Positions 36,313-45,915 are shown, counted from the stretch's first letter. The stretch is DNA of 64,000 bases from an archaeon (GCA_041650735.1 JBAZKP010000001.1:163076-227075); one strand, 5' to 3'. Numbers and translations are program-made. The notes: generated from the sequence alone by a model not told the origin.

Positions 36313-36570
36313 ATGGGAATGGCAATGGTTATATTCAAAGTATTTGCTGACCCCGAGAACCTGGATAAAGTAGAAACAGGGTTACGAGGATTAACTGAAG
36401 GAACTTTCAGGGACTTGAAAAGAGAACCAATCGGATTCGGGATAGAAGTAATAAGAGTAGGATATTTGATACCTGACAAAGTAGATGGAGCAATGACAAA
36501 ACTAGAAGATGCTGTAAAAAAAGTAGAAGGAATAAACCAAGCAGAAGTAGAAATGCTAACACTAATATAA
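36313..36570 (+). CDS. ef1b: Translation elongation factor aEF-1 beta
   Basis: 85 aa. FKVFADPENLD...REPIGFGIEVIRV...EVEMLTLI matches the aEF-1beta pattern. Confidence 0.8.
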   Translation: MGMAMVIFKVFADPENLDKVETGLRGLTEGTFRDLKREPIGFGIEVIRVGYLIPDKVDGAMTKLEDAVKKVEGINQAEVEMLTLI

Positions 36571-36651
36571 AAAAAGCTTTTGTAACTAATTAATTGACTT
36601 CATACGCTTAAACTACACTAATTTTATTGGTTTTGTAACCAAAAGTAATTT

Positions 36652-38700
36652 ATGATAACCTCTCTAACTCTGAAAAACTGGCGCACACACAAAGAAACCA
36701 CGCTCGAATTTGGAAAAGGCACAAACGTAATAGTAGGAGTAATGGGTTCAGGAAAAAGCTCAATAGTTAACGCAATAAGCTATTCTCTATTCGGTACATT
36801 CCCTTCACTCAAAAACAAAAGCGTCACACTCAAAGAAATAATAATGAACAAACCAAACCAGGAAAACAATACAGAAACAAAACTTTTATTTGAAACAGAA
36901 GAAAAAAAATTCAAAGTAGAAAGAATCATAAAACTTGATGGCACAAATGAGGCAAAACTATACGAAGGAACAAGGCTTATCGCAGGACCAAAACAAAAAG
37001 ATGTTAATGAAAAAGTGGAAAAAATCCTTGGGTTAAATTATGAATTATTCAGCAGAGCGGTATATGCTGAACAAAACGAGCTGGATTTTTTTCTAAAATT
37101 ATCTCCTTCAGAGAGGAAAAAAAAATTTGATGAACTCCTGGAAATCCAAAAATATGAGGAAGCCAGAAAAAATTCAATTTCACTGCAAAATGAACTTATA
37201 AAAACAAACAAACAAAGCAAAGAATTCATAGAACAACAAAAAGAAACCATCAAAAGCCACGAAGAAGAAAAACTGGAAAAAATGCTTCAAGAAGAAGAAA
37301 AAATAATCCTTGAACTTGAAAAAGAAATTACTGCAACAAAAAATGAAATTCAACTGGTGGAAAAAGAGTTTAACGAACTAGCAGAAAAAGAAAAACAAAG
37401 CAAAATACTGGAAGAACTTGTCGTAAAAATGAAATCACGAATAGAAACCTTAAAAGAAGATGCTGCAAAAAGCGAAAAACTGTCACTCAAAGAAATTGCC
37501 GCTGAAATCGAAAAAACACTAAAAGAAATAACCCAATTAAATGAAAAAATCCGTCTAAAAGAAGAGGAAAGCAAAACCCTTGACACAGAAATCAAAAAGA
37601 ACGGGGAAGAACTCAGCGTAATGCAATACAAAGAAAAGAAATTTACTCAAGAAGAAAAAGAAATAAACTCTCTAAAAGGGGAATGTCCCACATGCAAACG
37701 CGAGTTGGATGAAAAACATAAAAAAGAGCTTATTGCAAAAATAATTGGAAAAAAAGAAAAAATAACAGAAGAAGAAAAAATACTTGCTGAAAAAAACAAA
37801 AAACTCTGTGAAAAAATAGGAGCTGTTAAAAAAGAAAATGAAATAATGAAAAAAGAAAATGATGAAAAAAAAAGGAACTTGTACAAATTAGAGGCTACAC
37901 AAAAACAGGTTTTTGAATTTGAGAACAAGAAAAAACAATTAATTATGCTGGAAGAAGAACTGCCAAAAATAAAAAAACAGCTTGAGGAAATGGGTTTTGA
38001 CAAGAAAAAACTTGATATTGTACGTGAACAAATATACAAGAAAAAATCAGCAATCAGTGTAGCTGAAACAAAAATCAAATCAAAACAAGAACTGAGGAAA
38101 AGTTATGAAAATACACTGCAAAAAATACTTCAAATAAAGAAAAACATGAACGAAATGGAAAAAGAAATCCTAAAAACAGAGGAAGCTGCGAAAAAAATGG
38201 GGGTATTTGCGAACTGCCTGATTGCAACCCAAGTTGAACTAAGAGAATCAATGCTTGAAACAACAAACCAGGCAATGACCAGCATCTGGCAGACCATATA
38301 CCCTTACAAGGATTTTACTGATGCAAAACTATGCGTGGTTGAAGAAGGATATGATTTACAGGTAAAAACACGGAACAACGGATGGGTAAGAGTAGAAGGA
38401 GTATTATCCGGAGGAGAAAGAAGCGCAGCGGCACTATGCATAAGAATAGCATTCGCACTTGTTTTGACTAAAAAACTTTCAATGCTAATACTTGATGAAC
38501 CTACACATAACTTAGATACAAACGCTGTATCAAAATTAAGTGAAATGCTGCGCGAAGAACTGCCAAAAATTGTTGAACAAATCTTTGTGATAACACACGA
38601 CAAACAATTAGAGAACGCAGCATCAAGCAACCTGTATTTGCTGGCAAGAAACAAGGATGAAGACGGGGCAACACAAAGCGAAAACATACAAGCTTACTAA
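36652..38700 (+). CDS. rad50: Rad50 DNA double-strand break repair ATPase
   Basis: N-terminal LKNWRTHKETTLEFGKGTNVIVGVMGSGKSS, central Zn hook GECPTCKREL within coiled coil, signature LSGGERS, Walker B LILDEPT, D-loop/H-loop FVITHD. Confidence 0.88.
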   Translation: MITSLTLKNWRTHKETTLEFGKGTNVIVGVMGSGKSSIVNAISYSLFGTFPSLKNKSVTLKEIIMNKPNQENNTETKLLFETEEKKFKVERIIKLDGTNEAKLYEGTRLIAGPKQKDVNEKVEKILGLNYELFSRAVYAEQNELDFFLKLSPSERKKKFDELLEIQKYEEARKNSISLQNELIKTNKQSKEFIEQQKETIKSHEEEKLEKMLQEEEKIILELEKEITATKNEIQLVEKEFNELAEKEKQSKILEELVVKMKSRIETLKEDAAKSEKLSLKEIAAEIEKTLKEITQLNEKIRLKEEESKTLDTEIKKNGEELSVMQYKEKKFTQEEKEINSLKGECPTCKRELDEKHKKELIAKIIGKKEKITEEEKILAEKNKKLCEKIGAVKKENEIMKKENDEKKRNLYKLEATQKQVFEFENKKKQLIMLEEELPKIKKQLEEMGFDKKKLDIVREQIYKKKSAISVAETKIKSKQELRKSYENTLQKILQIKKNMNEMEKEILKTEEAAKKMGVFANCLIATQVELRESMLETTNQAMTSIWQTIYPYKDFTDAKLCVVEEGYDLQVKTRNNGWVRVEGVLSGGERSAAALCIRIAFALVLTKKLSMLILDEPTHNLDTNAVSKLSEMLREELPKIVEQIFVITHDKQLENAASSNLYLLARNKDEDGATQSENIQAY

Positions 38701-38744
38701 ACCTATTAGTCTGTAGAAAAAGCAATTAAAATAAAAAATCAGAA

Positions 38745-38951
38745 TTAAACTAATTTAGCTGCTTCTTTTTTCTTAGCTACTCTTACAATATAGCCCGCAA
38801 GAATATTTCTTGCTGTTTTTGACAATTTCAAATCAGTTATCTCATTAAGGGAAACTTTATTCTTGTTAAAATCCATTCCAAACTTAGTAGGAAACTCTTC
38901 CAACAAAACTTCTCCTTTATACTTTAATTGTTTAGCAACAGATTTACCCAT
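38745..38951 (-). CDS. rps17e: Ribosomal protein S17e
   Basis: LLEEFPTKFGMDFNKNKVSLNEITDLKLSKTARNILAGYIVR parallels the S17e consensus (YPxKFTxDFExNK...RNRIAGYITR). Confidence 0.75.
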   Translation of the reverse strand: MGKSVAKQLKYKGEVLLEEFPTKFGMDFNKNKVSLNEITDLKLSKTARNILAGYIVRVAKKKEAAKLV

Positions 38952-38965
38952 AAAACCACCAATAA

Positions 38966-39172
38966 TTAAAACAACTCAATTCTCTTAATATTCCCATTAG
39001 GGAATTTTCTTAAAACACTTAAAGGCAAAACCTTCTGGTTAAGCTCTTTCTCTGCAACCTGAAGCATACTCAACTCGGATGTCCTCTTAACTAAAGGAGG
39101 GGCACCCAAAGATAACTGCAAGCTCCTTGCACTCAAAACTCTTGTTAATTCAAACCTTGTAAGCCTAACCAT
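38966..39172 (-). CDS. rpoK: DNA-directed RNA polymerase subunit K (Rpb6/omega homolog)
   Basis: The last 68 codons of the 209-aa track ORF read MVRLTRFELTRVLSARSLQLSLGAPPLV, the RpoK signature (LTRFERARxxGxRAxQxSxGAP). The upstream part of the track ORF is antisense to the Nudix gene and its promoter. Confidence 0.75.
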   Translation of the reverse strand: MVRLTRFELTRVLSARSLQLSLGAPPLVKRTSELSMLQVAEKELNQKVLPLSVLRKFPNGNIKRIELF

Positions 39173-39281
39173 CAAACCCACCAGAATACATAACTCTCGT
39201 AAAGCAACCTTTAAAAAAGTAGGGTTTAGGCTTGCAAAACACATGCAAAGTATTTTAAGAATAAAAGCCCGAATCCTAATC

Positions 39282-39746
39282 ATGGCAAAAATAATGACCC
39301 TGGGGTTTATCCTCAAAAACGAGGACATACTGTTAGGAATGAAGAAAAGAGGCTTTGGGGCAGGAAGATGGAATGGCTTCGGCGGAAAATTACACGAAGA
39401 AGAAACAATAGAACAAGCACTAATACGCGAATTTAAAGAAGAATGTGAAATAAAAATAACAAAAAGCAAAAAACTTGGGATAATTAATTTTGAGTTCAAA
39501 GGAAAACCAGAAGTACTTGAAGTCCATATCTTCAAAATCCTTGAATATGAAGGAGAACCAAAAGAAACAGAAGAAATGAAGCCACAATGGTTCAAAACCA
39601 GTCAAATACCTTATGAATCAATGTGGTCAGATGACCCCTACTGGATGCCATTATTCCTAAAAGAAAAAAAATTTATTGGACACATTTTGTTTGATGAAAA
39701 AGAACAAGTGCTGAAATCTGAAATAAAAGAAACGGATAAAATTTAG
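39282..39746 (+). CDS. NUDIX hydrolase, MutT/MTH1-like
   Basis: GRWNGFGGKLHEEETIEQALIREFKEECEI Nudix box. C-terminal PYWMPLFL block resembles MTH1. The ORF track starts at 39243. Confidence 0.78.
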   Translation: MAKIMTLGFILKNEDILLGMKKRGFGAGRWNGFGGKLHEEETIEQALIREFKEECEIKITKSKKLGIINFEFKGKPEVLEVHIFKILEYEGEPKETEEMKPQWFKTSQIPYESMWSDDPYWMPLFLKEKKFIGHILFDEKEQVLKSEIKETDKI

Positions 39747-39749
39747 GGT

Positions 39750-41366
39750 TCAGGCAAAAGCCCGGTAAGTTTTCTTTTGAACTGACTTAAAAGAAACAAT
39801 TTCCGGCTGAGGAAGCTTTGTTTGCTCTGAAAAATCCTTGGCAAGCTTCAAAGAAGAAAACCCTTTTACTGAAGCAAAACTCTTACCCGCATGCAGAACA
39901 CGATAACCATTTTTTTCTGAAAATTCTTTGAACTTTGCAATAGTTGCTTCTTGAACAGAAACAATGTTTTTTGCCAAAGAAGTTGAAAAAAACTTTGAAT
40001 TAGAATTCGTTAACTGAGAAGGAAGCTCGGACAAAACCTGGGAAAGCACAGAATACATCGCTTTTGAATAAAAATAACCAAAACTCTTCTGTGAAACAAA
40101 ATCTTTTTCAAAAAAATCAATAACCTTACGAAAAGCAAATAATTTATTATTAGCCAAGCGAACCTCCTTTGAAAAAAAACTCTCTTTATTCAAGCAAAAC
40201 CAGTTAAGTTCATGAACAGAAACAGGAATTGAATTATTATCAGCTAAAGAAGAATTCTTGCTTTGAAGAACCTGTTTTGAAGAAACAAGAACCGCTTTTT
40301 CCCCTTCAACCAAGCGTTTTGCATCCATCAAAGGAACCAACGCAAAATCATCCCTAAAAAAAGGGCCAACAGGAAAAGAATTCAGGAAAAACTCTTTTCT
40401 TTTTGAAACACGCTGGTCCTTAAAAGGCATTGAATTGTGAAAATTCATTGCAAAGTTAGAGGAAGATGATTCAAAAAACAAATTATCCTCCTTAAACTGA
40501 ATCTTAATCATGGAAGAAGGCAACAAATTTCTTGCATCAAGCACAACAGGGGAACAACAAGAACAATTCTTTGTTTCAGGACCAATATTGAAAAAAGTAT
40601 TTGAAAATAGTTCCGCCCAAACAAGAGAAAAATCAATTTTTGAAGTAGCATCATATGAAAAAGGAGAATAATCTTTTTCTGAAAAAAACTTTTCGCCGGA
40701 ATCGAAAGAAAGCATTTCCCCGTGCTTGAAAAAAACGTTCTCTAAAAATAACTCAACACGCTCTTCTTTAGTTAAAGGAATTTTTTCTATGGGGAGAGAA
40801 AGAACCTCAGACCAAGCTGCTTGTTCAACCAAAAACAAAGAATCCTGCTCACTTAACCTCAAGGCTTGGGGAAAAGAAATTTCTTTAATAAGAAAAAAAC
40901 TAAGATCTTTAGGAGAAGAACCTTGAGGGTTATGGCTAGTATTAACCATTAAGAAACCTTGTTGTTCAAAAGAATCAAAATAACTCCAATTTCTTTCCAA
41001 TAAAAATGCTCTTTGTGGTTCAAGCACCAAAGGCTTTTTGTTCAAATACAGGGAAAGCGCATTACTGATTTTTTTTAATTCAGCAAAAGAAGAAGCGTGA
41101 AGATACAAAAGATTATTTTTTTCAGAAATATTAAAACCTTTAAAACCAAGGGAAAGAATTAATTCAATTAATTTCTCACTTGAAATGGAAGAAGAAAACA
41201 AAGCAAGAGGGTAAAACTTGTACCTTTTAACAACCCGCTCCCCCTTATTTGAAAACTCAGTAAGTATCTCTGCCTTTGGCTCATTATAAGAAACCCTTGT
41301 TAGATAAATGGGTTTATTCGCAACGCTAACCGCTTGTGCGGAGCTAACCATGCTGTGTTGAGGCAT
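39750..41366 (-). CDS. Truncated, probably catalytically inactive family-B DNA-polymerase-like protein
   Basis: Motif-level similarity to Pyrococcus-type PolB. N-terminal YKFYPLALF and LEPQRAFLLERNW. Motif A region IDFSLVWAELFSNTFFNIGPET. Motif B KSFGYFYSKAMYS. Motif C EKNGYRVLHAGKSFA, where DTD is replaced by GKS. No recognisable exonuclease motifs, and the protein ends ~35 aa after motif C. Confidence 0.45.
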   Translation of the reverse strand: MPQHSMVSSAQAVSVANKPIYLTRVSYNEPKAEILTEFSNKGERVVKRYKFYPLALFSSSISSEKLIELILSLGFKGFNISEKNNLLYLHASSFAELKKISNALSLYLNKKPLVLEPQRAFLLERNWSYFDSFEQQGFLMVNTSHNPQGSSPKDLSFFLIKEISFPQALRLSEQDSLFLVEQAAWSEVLSLPIEKIPLTKEERVELFLENVFFKHGEMLSFDSGEKFFSEKDYSPFSYDATSKIDFSLVWAELFSNTFFNIGPETKNCSCCSPVVLDARNLLPSSMIKIQFKEDNLFFESSSSNFAMNFHNSMPFKDQRVSKRKEFFLNSFPVGPFFRDDFALVPLMDAKRLVEGEKAVLVSSKQVLQSKNSSLADNNSIPVSVHELNWFCLNKESFFSKEVRLANNKLFAFRKVIDFFEKDFVSQKSFGYFYSKAMYSVLSQVLSELPSQLTNSNSKFFSTSLAKNIVSVQEATIAKFKEFSEKNGYRVLHAGKSFASVKGFSSLKLAKDFSEQTKLPQPEIVSFKSVQKKTYRAFA

Positions 41367-41434
41367 GACAAAAAAGGATTTTCAGGGACTTATAAAGGAT
41401 TTGGAGGTTCCATGCCGGTGGTTAGGAAAACAAT

Positions 41435-42967
41435 TTACAAAAAGGCTTCAACATCTTTTTCTTTTTCCTCTTTATCAGACTGGAAGGCTCTTGCGGAGTC
41501 CTCTAAAGTTGTTTCATGCCTGCTAGGGGCAGAAGAACGCAAACGAACCTTAAAAAAAGTAGGAGCATTAACAGCTTCCCCAACAACAAGAGCTTCTCCT
41601 ACCCTAAGAGAAGAAATTATTCCCATACTTGAATTATCCAACCCTTCACAGGATTCAGAAATATGCTTCAAGTCATAAGGATTGGTTACACGCAAAATAA
41701 TATTTGTATTACAATTCGCCAAAGTGGTTGTATCAAGGCGCTTAGGCCTCTGTGAAATAACAACAAGAGAAGCACCAAACTTTCTGCCCTCCCTTGCAAT
41801 TGTACGCAAATAGGATCTGGCAACAGCATGCTCTGCAGCAATCCCTTCAGGAACAAAATTGTGCGCCTCTTCCACAAACAAAGCAAAAGGAGGAATCCTT
41901 TTTGAATGCCCTCTCCGCTCATGAAACAATTTATTTGAAATATAAGCAACAAGAACCTGCTTCTTTTTTTCAGAAATAACTGAATTCAAATCAATTACAA
42001 GCAACTGGCCGGGCTTGACAAAATCAACTATTGCAGGCTCATCAATTTTTCCAAACAAACCAAGGTCCTCTAATTCTGAAACAATTCCATGCAAAGAAGC
42101 AGCAGTTTTTTCATTATCAATATTCTGTATCTCAGCTCTTACCGCGCTCAAATCAAAAGGACCAGCACCTGATTTCATTTCAGCTGATAATTTAGAAAGA
42201 ACTTTCCCTAATTCACGCTTCTGATTAGGCGATAAGTCCACAATAGAAGAAACCATGTAAATACTCATTTTTGAGCAAGCAATCCTTATTTTTGAGCCGT
42301 CAATTATTTTTGTTTTAGAAGAAAAATCCTGAAACGCGGAGCCCTGTTTAACAGGTTCACCAAAACAAGAATACTCACCATGGGTATCAAAAACAACTAC
42401 CCCAATCTGTCCCTGCTCTTTCTTCCTGCTCAAAAGCTCTTCAAGCAAAACACTCACAAAATAACTCTTGCCTGCACCACTAGTGGCAATAATTGCCAAG
42501 TGTTTCTGCAAAAGCTTTGACAAATTTGCTTTCAACTCAACATCATGAAACTGAAGCTTTCCAAGATTCAAACCATCAGACTGCAAACCAAGAAACTTTT
42601 TTATCCTCTCATTATCAGCGTTAAAAACTTTTGTCCCTGGAGAAGGCGGAAAAGTTGGCCTTTGAATTAATTTTTCTGTAAAAACCCCAAGAGGCCTTGC
42701 TTTTGCAATAAGGAATTCCCACTCAGCAGCAGGAAAATTCTTTTCAAGCTCCTCCCCAATAATTTTCACTGAATCAGGACGCTCAAAATAACGATTCGTC
42801 TTAATTACATCCTCAACAAGCAACATCATAGTGCCTTCAGAGTACTCAAGCTCCACAAACATTCCCTTATGCGCCTTACCATTATTCACAACAAAAGCAA
42901 CAGTGCTCGGCGAAGGGCCATCCATAGTAGAAACAATTGTTCCTAACTGTTCATGCATAAAAATCAT
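41435..42967 (-). CDS. herA: HerA-type hexameric DNA translocase/helicase (DUF87 ATPase)
   Basis: Walker A ATSGAGKSYFVSVLLEELL, VVFDTHGEY, Walker B LFVEEAHNFVP, LVVISQRP. Confidence 0.88.
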   Translation of the reverse strand: MIFMHEQLGTIVSTMDGPSPSTVAFVVNNGKAHKGMFVELEYSEGTMMLLVEDVIKTNRYFERPDSVKIIGEELEKNFPAAEWEFLIAKARPLGVFTEKLIQRPTFPPSPGTKVFNADNERIKKFLGLQSDGLNLGKLQFHDVELKANLSKLLQKHLAIIATSGAGKSYFVSVLLEELLSRKKEQGQIGVVVFDTHGEYSCFGEPVKQGSAFQDFSSKTKIIDGSKIRIACSKMSIYMVSSIVDLSPNQKRELGKVLSKLSAEMKSGAGPFDLSAVRAEIQNIDNEKTAASLHGIVSELEDLGLFGKIDEPAIVDFVKPGQLLVIDLNSVISEKKKQVLVAYISNKLFHERRGHSKRIPPFALFVEEAHNFVPEGIAAEHAVARSYLRTIAREGRKFGASLVVISQRPKRLDTTTLANCNTNIILRVTNPYDLKHISESCEGLDNSSMGIISSLRVGEALVVGEAVNAPTFFKVRLRSSAPSRHETTLEDSARAFQSDKEEKEKDVEAFL

Positions 42968-43200
42968 TTCCTTGATTTGATAACTAATTTTCTCGGTACA
43001 CCCAATTCTTTTCTTAATTCTAAAAAACTTCCAATATGGGCTGTGCGCTTCAACACATTTGAGGATTTGCTCCTTTTAGAAGCCTCTCTTAAAGTTTTTC
43101 TTGCCCGCAAATTAACTATACGCGCATTCTCAATAATTTTTTCATTCTCCGACATTGGAAGAAAACTAGGACGCTTTGGCCTAACTCTTTTTATTTGCAT
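42964..43200 (-). CDS. Small basic protein translationally coupled to herA, possible HTH
   Basis: Its stop overlaps the herA start (ATGA at 42964-42967). The C-terminal LELRKELGVPRKLV looks HTH-like. The start is uncertain: 43200 overlaps the HAD gene, and an alternative ATG lies at 43155. Confidence 0.35.
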   Translation of the reverse strand: MQIKRVRPKRPSFLPMSENEKIIENARIVNLRARKTLREASKRSKSSNVLKRTAHIGSFLELRKELGVPRKLVIKSRK

Positions 43201-43867
43201 TCAAACCACCCAAAACCCTGTACAATTCATCCAGAGACTTTATCTCAAACTCTGGCTTTGCATTCGCATAATCAATTACTTTACCCAAACGATTTATTAG
43301 GCAATTGTGCATCCTTACTTTTTGAGAACCAATAATATCGGAACGCAAAGAATCACCAACCATTAAAGCTTCATCTGGTTTTATTTTGAACTCCTTTAAT
43401 ACAGGCAGGAAAGATTCTGTATCAGGCTTAACGAAGCCAATATCAAAACTATAAAAAACTGTATCAAAATAATTACTAATATTCAAGGAAGACTCTATTT
43501 TTGCTGCAGCAATGCTTTCGTTATTTGAAAGCAAAACAAGCTTATAACCCTGTTTTTTCAGCTTCAATAAATTTTTTTCAACATCAGGAAAAAACCTTAT
43601 TTTATCCATCCTGTTTCCGTAAACTTCGGCAAGCTCCTGCTCAAGCACAACATTATCCCCTTGGTTAAATGTCTTGAAAAAATCCTTCCTTAATTCCTCA
43701 AAAGAAGAATACTTTTTCAGCTGAACCCCTTTCTCATACTTCTCAATAAACCTAGGCAAAGACAACCCCTCCTTCCTTGTCAAAGCAGACAAGTGAACAA
43801 AATCAATTGTTGCAGGAATAAGAGTATTCCACAAATCAAAAACAATTACCTTAATCATACAAATCAC
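43181..43867 (-). CDS. HAD-superfamily hydrolase
   Basis: Motif I VIVFDLWNTLI, motif II LLSNNE, motif IV VGDSLRSD. Confidence 0.65.
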   Translation of the reverse strand: MICMIKVIVFDLWNTLIPATIDFVHLSALTRKEGLSLPRFIEKYEKGVQLKKYSSFEELRKDFFKTFNQGDNVVLEQELAEVYGNRMDKIRFFPDVEKNLLKLKKQGYKLVLLSNNESIAAAKIESSLNISNYFDTVFYSFDIGFVKPDTESFLPVLKEFKIKPDEALMVGDSLRSDIIGSQKVRMHNCLINRLGKVIDYANAKPEFEIKSLDELYRVLGGLNANKKS

Positions 43868-43878
43868 TAAAAATCAAA

Positions 43879-44958
43879 TTAATTAAAAGGCCTATTATTC
43901 CTCCTCATCCTTACTTTCCCACCCAGCTTATCCACAAGCCTATCATAAACAACACTTATTTCCTGCTCATTCAGCCCCGCACGCAAATCTGCTTCAATCA
44001 AAACACTGGGAAAAGAATATTCTTTATGCAAAGAACTCAAAGAACAAACAATTCCTGAAATATCTTCAGCACAATTATGAATCTCTTTTGCGTTTTTGCA
44101 CAAAAACTCAACACGCAATGGTTTGTCATACAAAGAACATTTTAAATAAAAAACAAAAATACTTTCAGCCCAAGCCTTATCATAATCCTTCAAAATAGCA
44201 TGACTGGAAATATTATTTGTATAAGGAAACGCAAAAGTCCTTTCACCCTGCGCAAGATAATAATCCAAAAGAGAAGCATCAAAGGAACCTGCAAGCAAAG
44301 AAGGATTAATCTGCATTTTGCTTTTAGGAAGAATTTCTTCCTGCAAAAGCTGGCGAAACCTTGTGCCGCGGGAATCCTCAACGCACGCAACAAGAGAACA
44401 AGCATTTTCCTCCGCTGTTTTGTAAAGCTTCTGGAATAATTTCAAAATTGATTCATATTCCTCATTAATCCCTGAATCTTTTCTCGGCTTATCCTGATAC
44501 TGGGGAACAATTGAACCATCAATGAACAAATAATCAGGCTTAAATTTTTTTATTAACTCAATTGAGCAAGAAACCTCTTGCTCCAATCTAACCAAGGAAA
44601 CACTTTGCTGTTCTTCATCCTTTTCTAATCCAGAACGAAGAATAACCGGCTCAGGAAAAGAAAAAGGAGCAGGAAAATACTTTGTCTCAGACAACACCCC
44701 ATTTTTATATTTGAAAAAAACGCCCGCAGTTTTAATTAAAACAAGGTCAATAAAAGAAAGTTTTTTTGAAACAAACCCAGAATCAACGCCCGCAACAGAA
44801 CAAGACAAAAGCTTCTTCTCAATAGGAACAACAATCTCTTCAAAACCATTAGGGGAAAGAGAAGACTTCAAAGGAGCCAATAATGAAGAAAGCCTGTCAT
44901 TAAAGGAATTCCTTTCATTAATAGCAAAAACTGCTTTCTCAAAAAAACTATTAAACAC
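43879..44958 (-). CDS. nurA: NurA 5'-3' nuclease
   Basis: NurA-type acidic motifs AGVDSG, RLEQE and YLFIDGSIVP. ~360 aa. Sits in an operon with herA. Confidence 0.8.
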   Translation of the reverse strand: MFNSFFEKAVFAINERNSFNDRLSSLLAPLKSSLSPNGFEEIVVPIEKKLLSCSVAGVDSGFVSKKLSFIDLVLIKTAGVFFKYKNGVLSETKYFPAPFSFPEPVILRSGLEKDEEQQSVSLVRLEQEVSCSIELIKKFKPDYLFIDGSIVPQYQDKPRKDSGINEEYESILKLFQKLYKTAEENACSLVACVEDSRGTRFRQLLQEEILPKSKMQINPSLLAGSFDASLLDYYLAQGERTFAFPYTNNISSHAILKDYDKAWAESIFVFYLKCSLYDKPLRVEFLCKNAKEIHNCAEDISGIVCSLSSLHKEYSFPSVLIEADLRAGLNEQEISVVYDRLVDKLGGKVRMRRNNRPFN

Positions 44959-45211
44959 AAAACCAACTCTATATATTAAAATGCTAAATAGAGAAGAAGA
45001 GACTGGAGGTATTTAAAGTTAATTCAAGCAAACTGCCGGCTTGCAACAAAGGATTTCCAGTACACAACCCATTCATTTAGACTTTTAGCACAAAGCAAAG
45101 CAAAAAGCAACATTTATAAGGAAAACAAGCTTCTAATTGTGCAGATTTTTAAAGAGCAGGCCGAGGGAAAAATTCCTGTTAAGCATGCTTTTCCTGCGCA
45201 GGTGTTGGACT

Positions 45212-45565
45212 ATGAAAGCAAAATTCGATATAAGAACAATAAGAAGTTCTTGGAAGCCCCCATTCAAAAAAGAAATTACTGATGAGGCTTTTGAGGTAGA
45301 AGAAGGGCAAGAATTTGATAGGGTAAAAGGAAACGGTAATGATGAAGTTGTGTACCAGTTACTAAGAATAGCGGGAGACAAAGCAGTTGTCAAATATTCA
45401 AGATTATTTACTATGAAAGTGCCTAATCCAGGGGATAAACAAATAGTGCTGGATAAAGACGCCCCAATGGAAATGACATACATGTGGGGGGAAGACGGAA
45501 CCACAAAAAAAATTACTTACAAAGGGATAGTAAAGGAACCACAGGAAACCCAGCAGACGATTTAA
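45212..45565 (+). CDS. Hypothetical small beta-rich protein
   Basis: The ORF track starts at the GTG at 45137; the first ATG is at 45212 (MKAKFDIRTI). No family recognised. Confidence 0.4.
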   Translation: MKAKFDIRTIRSSWKPPFKKEITDEAFEVEEGQEFDRVKGNGNDEVVYQLLRIAGDKAVVKYSRLFTMKVPNPGDKQIVLDKDAPMEMTYMWGEDGTTKKITYKGIVKEPQETQQTI

Positions 45566-45609
45566 ACAAAACAACAAATATAAAAACCTTCATATGAATA
45601 CTATTTCAT

Positions 45610-45915
45610 ATGAAGTCTCTTCATTACCCATACAAATGCATGGAAATACTCGGAAATGAACTGAGAAGCCAAATAATACTCCTTCTCCAAAAAAAACCAA
45701 TGACAGTACAGGAAATCTGCTCTTCCTTGGAAAAAGAACAAAGCTTAGTAAGCCACGCACTAAAACAATTAAGGGAATGCAATTTTGTTGACTATAAAAA
45801 AGAAGGTAAAAAAAATGCTTATTTCATAAAATCAGACATTTTTACAAAAAACAAAAACAAACCACTATTTGAAATATTTCAAGAACACGCAGAAAAATAC
45901 TGTAAGCACAAATAA
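45610..45915 (+). CDS. ArsR/SmtB-family winged-helix transcription regulator
   Basis: LGNELRSQIILLLQKKPMTVQEICSSLEKEQSLVSHALKQLRECNFV is a typical ArsR wHTH layout. Directly upstream of nifS/iscU. Confidence 0.65.
   Translation: MKSLHYPYKCMEILGNELRSQIILLLQKKPMTVQEICSSLEKEQSLVSHALKQLRECNFVDYKKEGKKNAYFIKSDIFTKNKNKPLFEIFQEHAEKYCKHK

Noticed and set aside
38966-39595. 209-aa ORF on the minus strand
   Set aside because: Only the last 68 codons (38966..39172) carry a recognisable protein, RpoK (LTRFELTRVLSARSLQLSLGAPP). The upstream 140 codons are Ser/Phe/Ile-rich and antisense to the well-supported Nudix gene and its promoter region.
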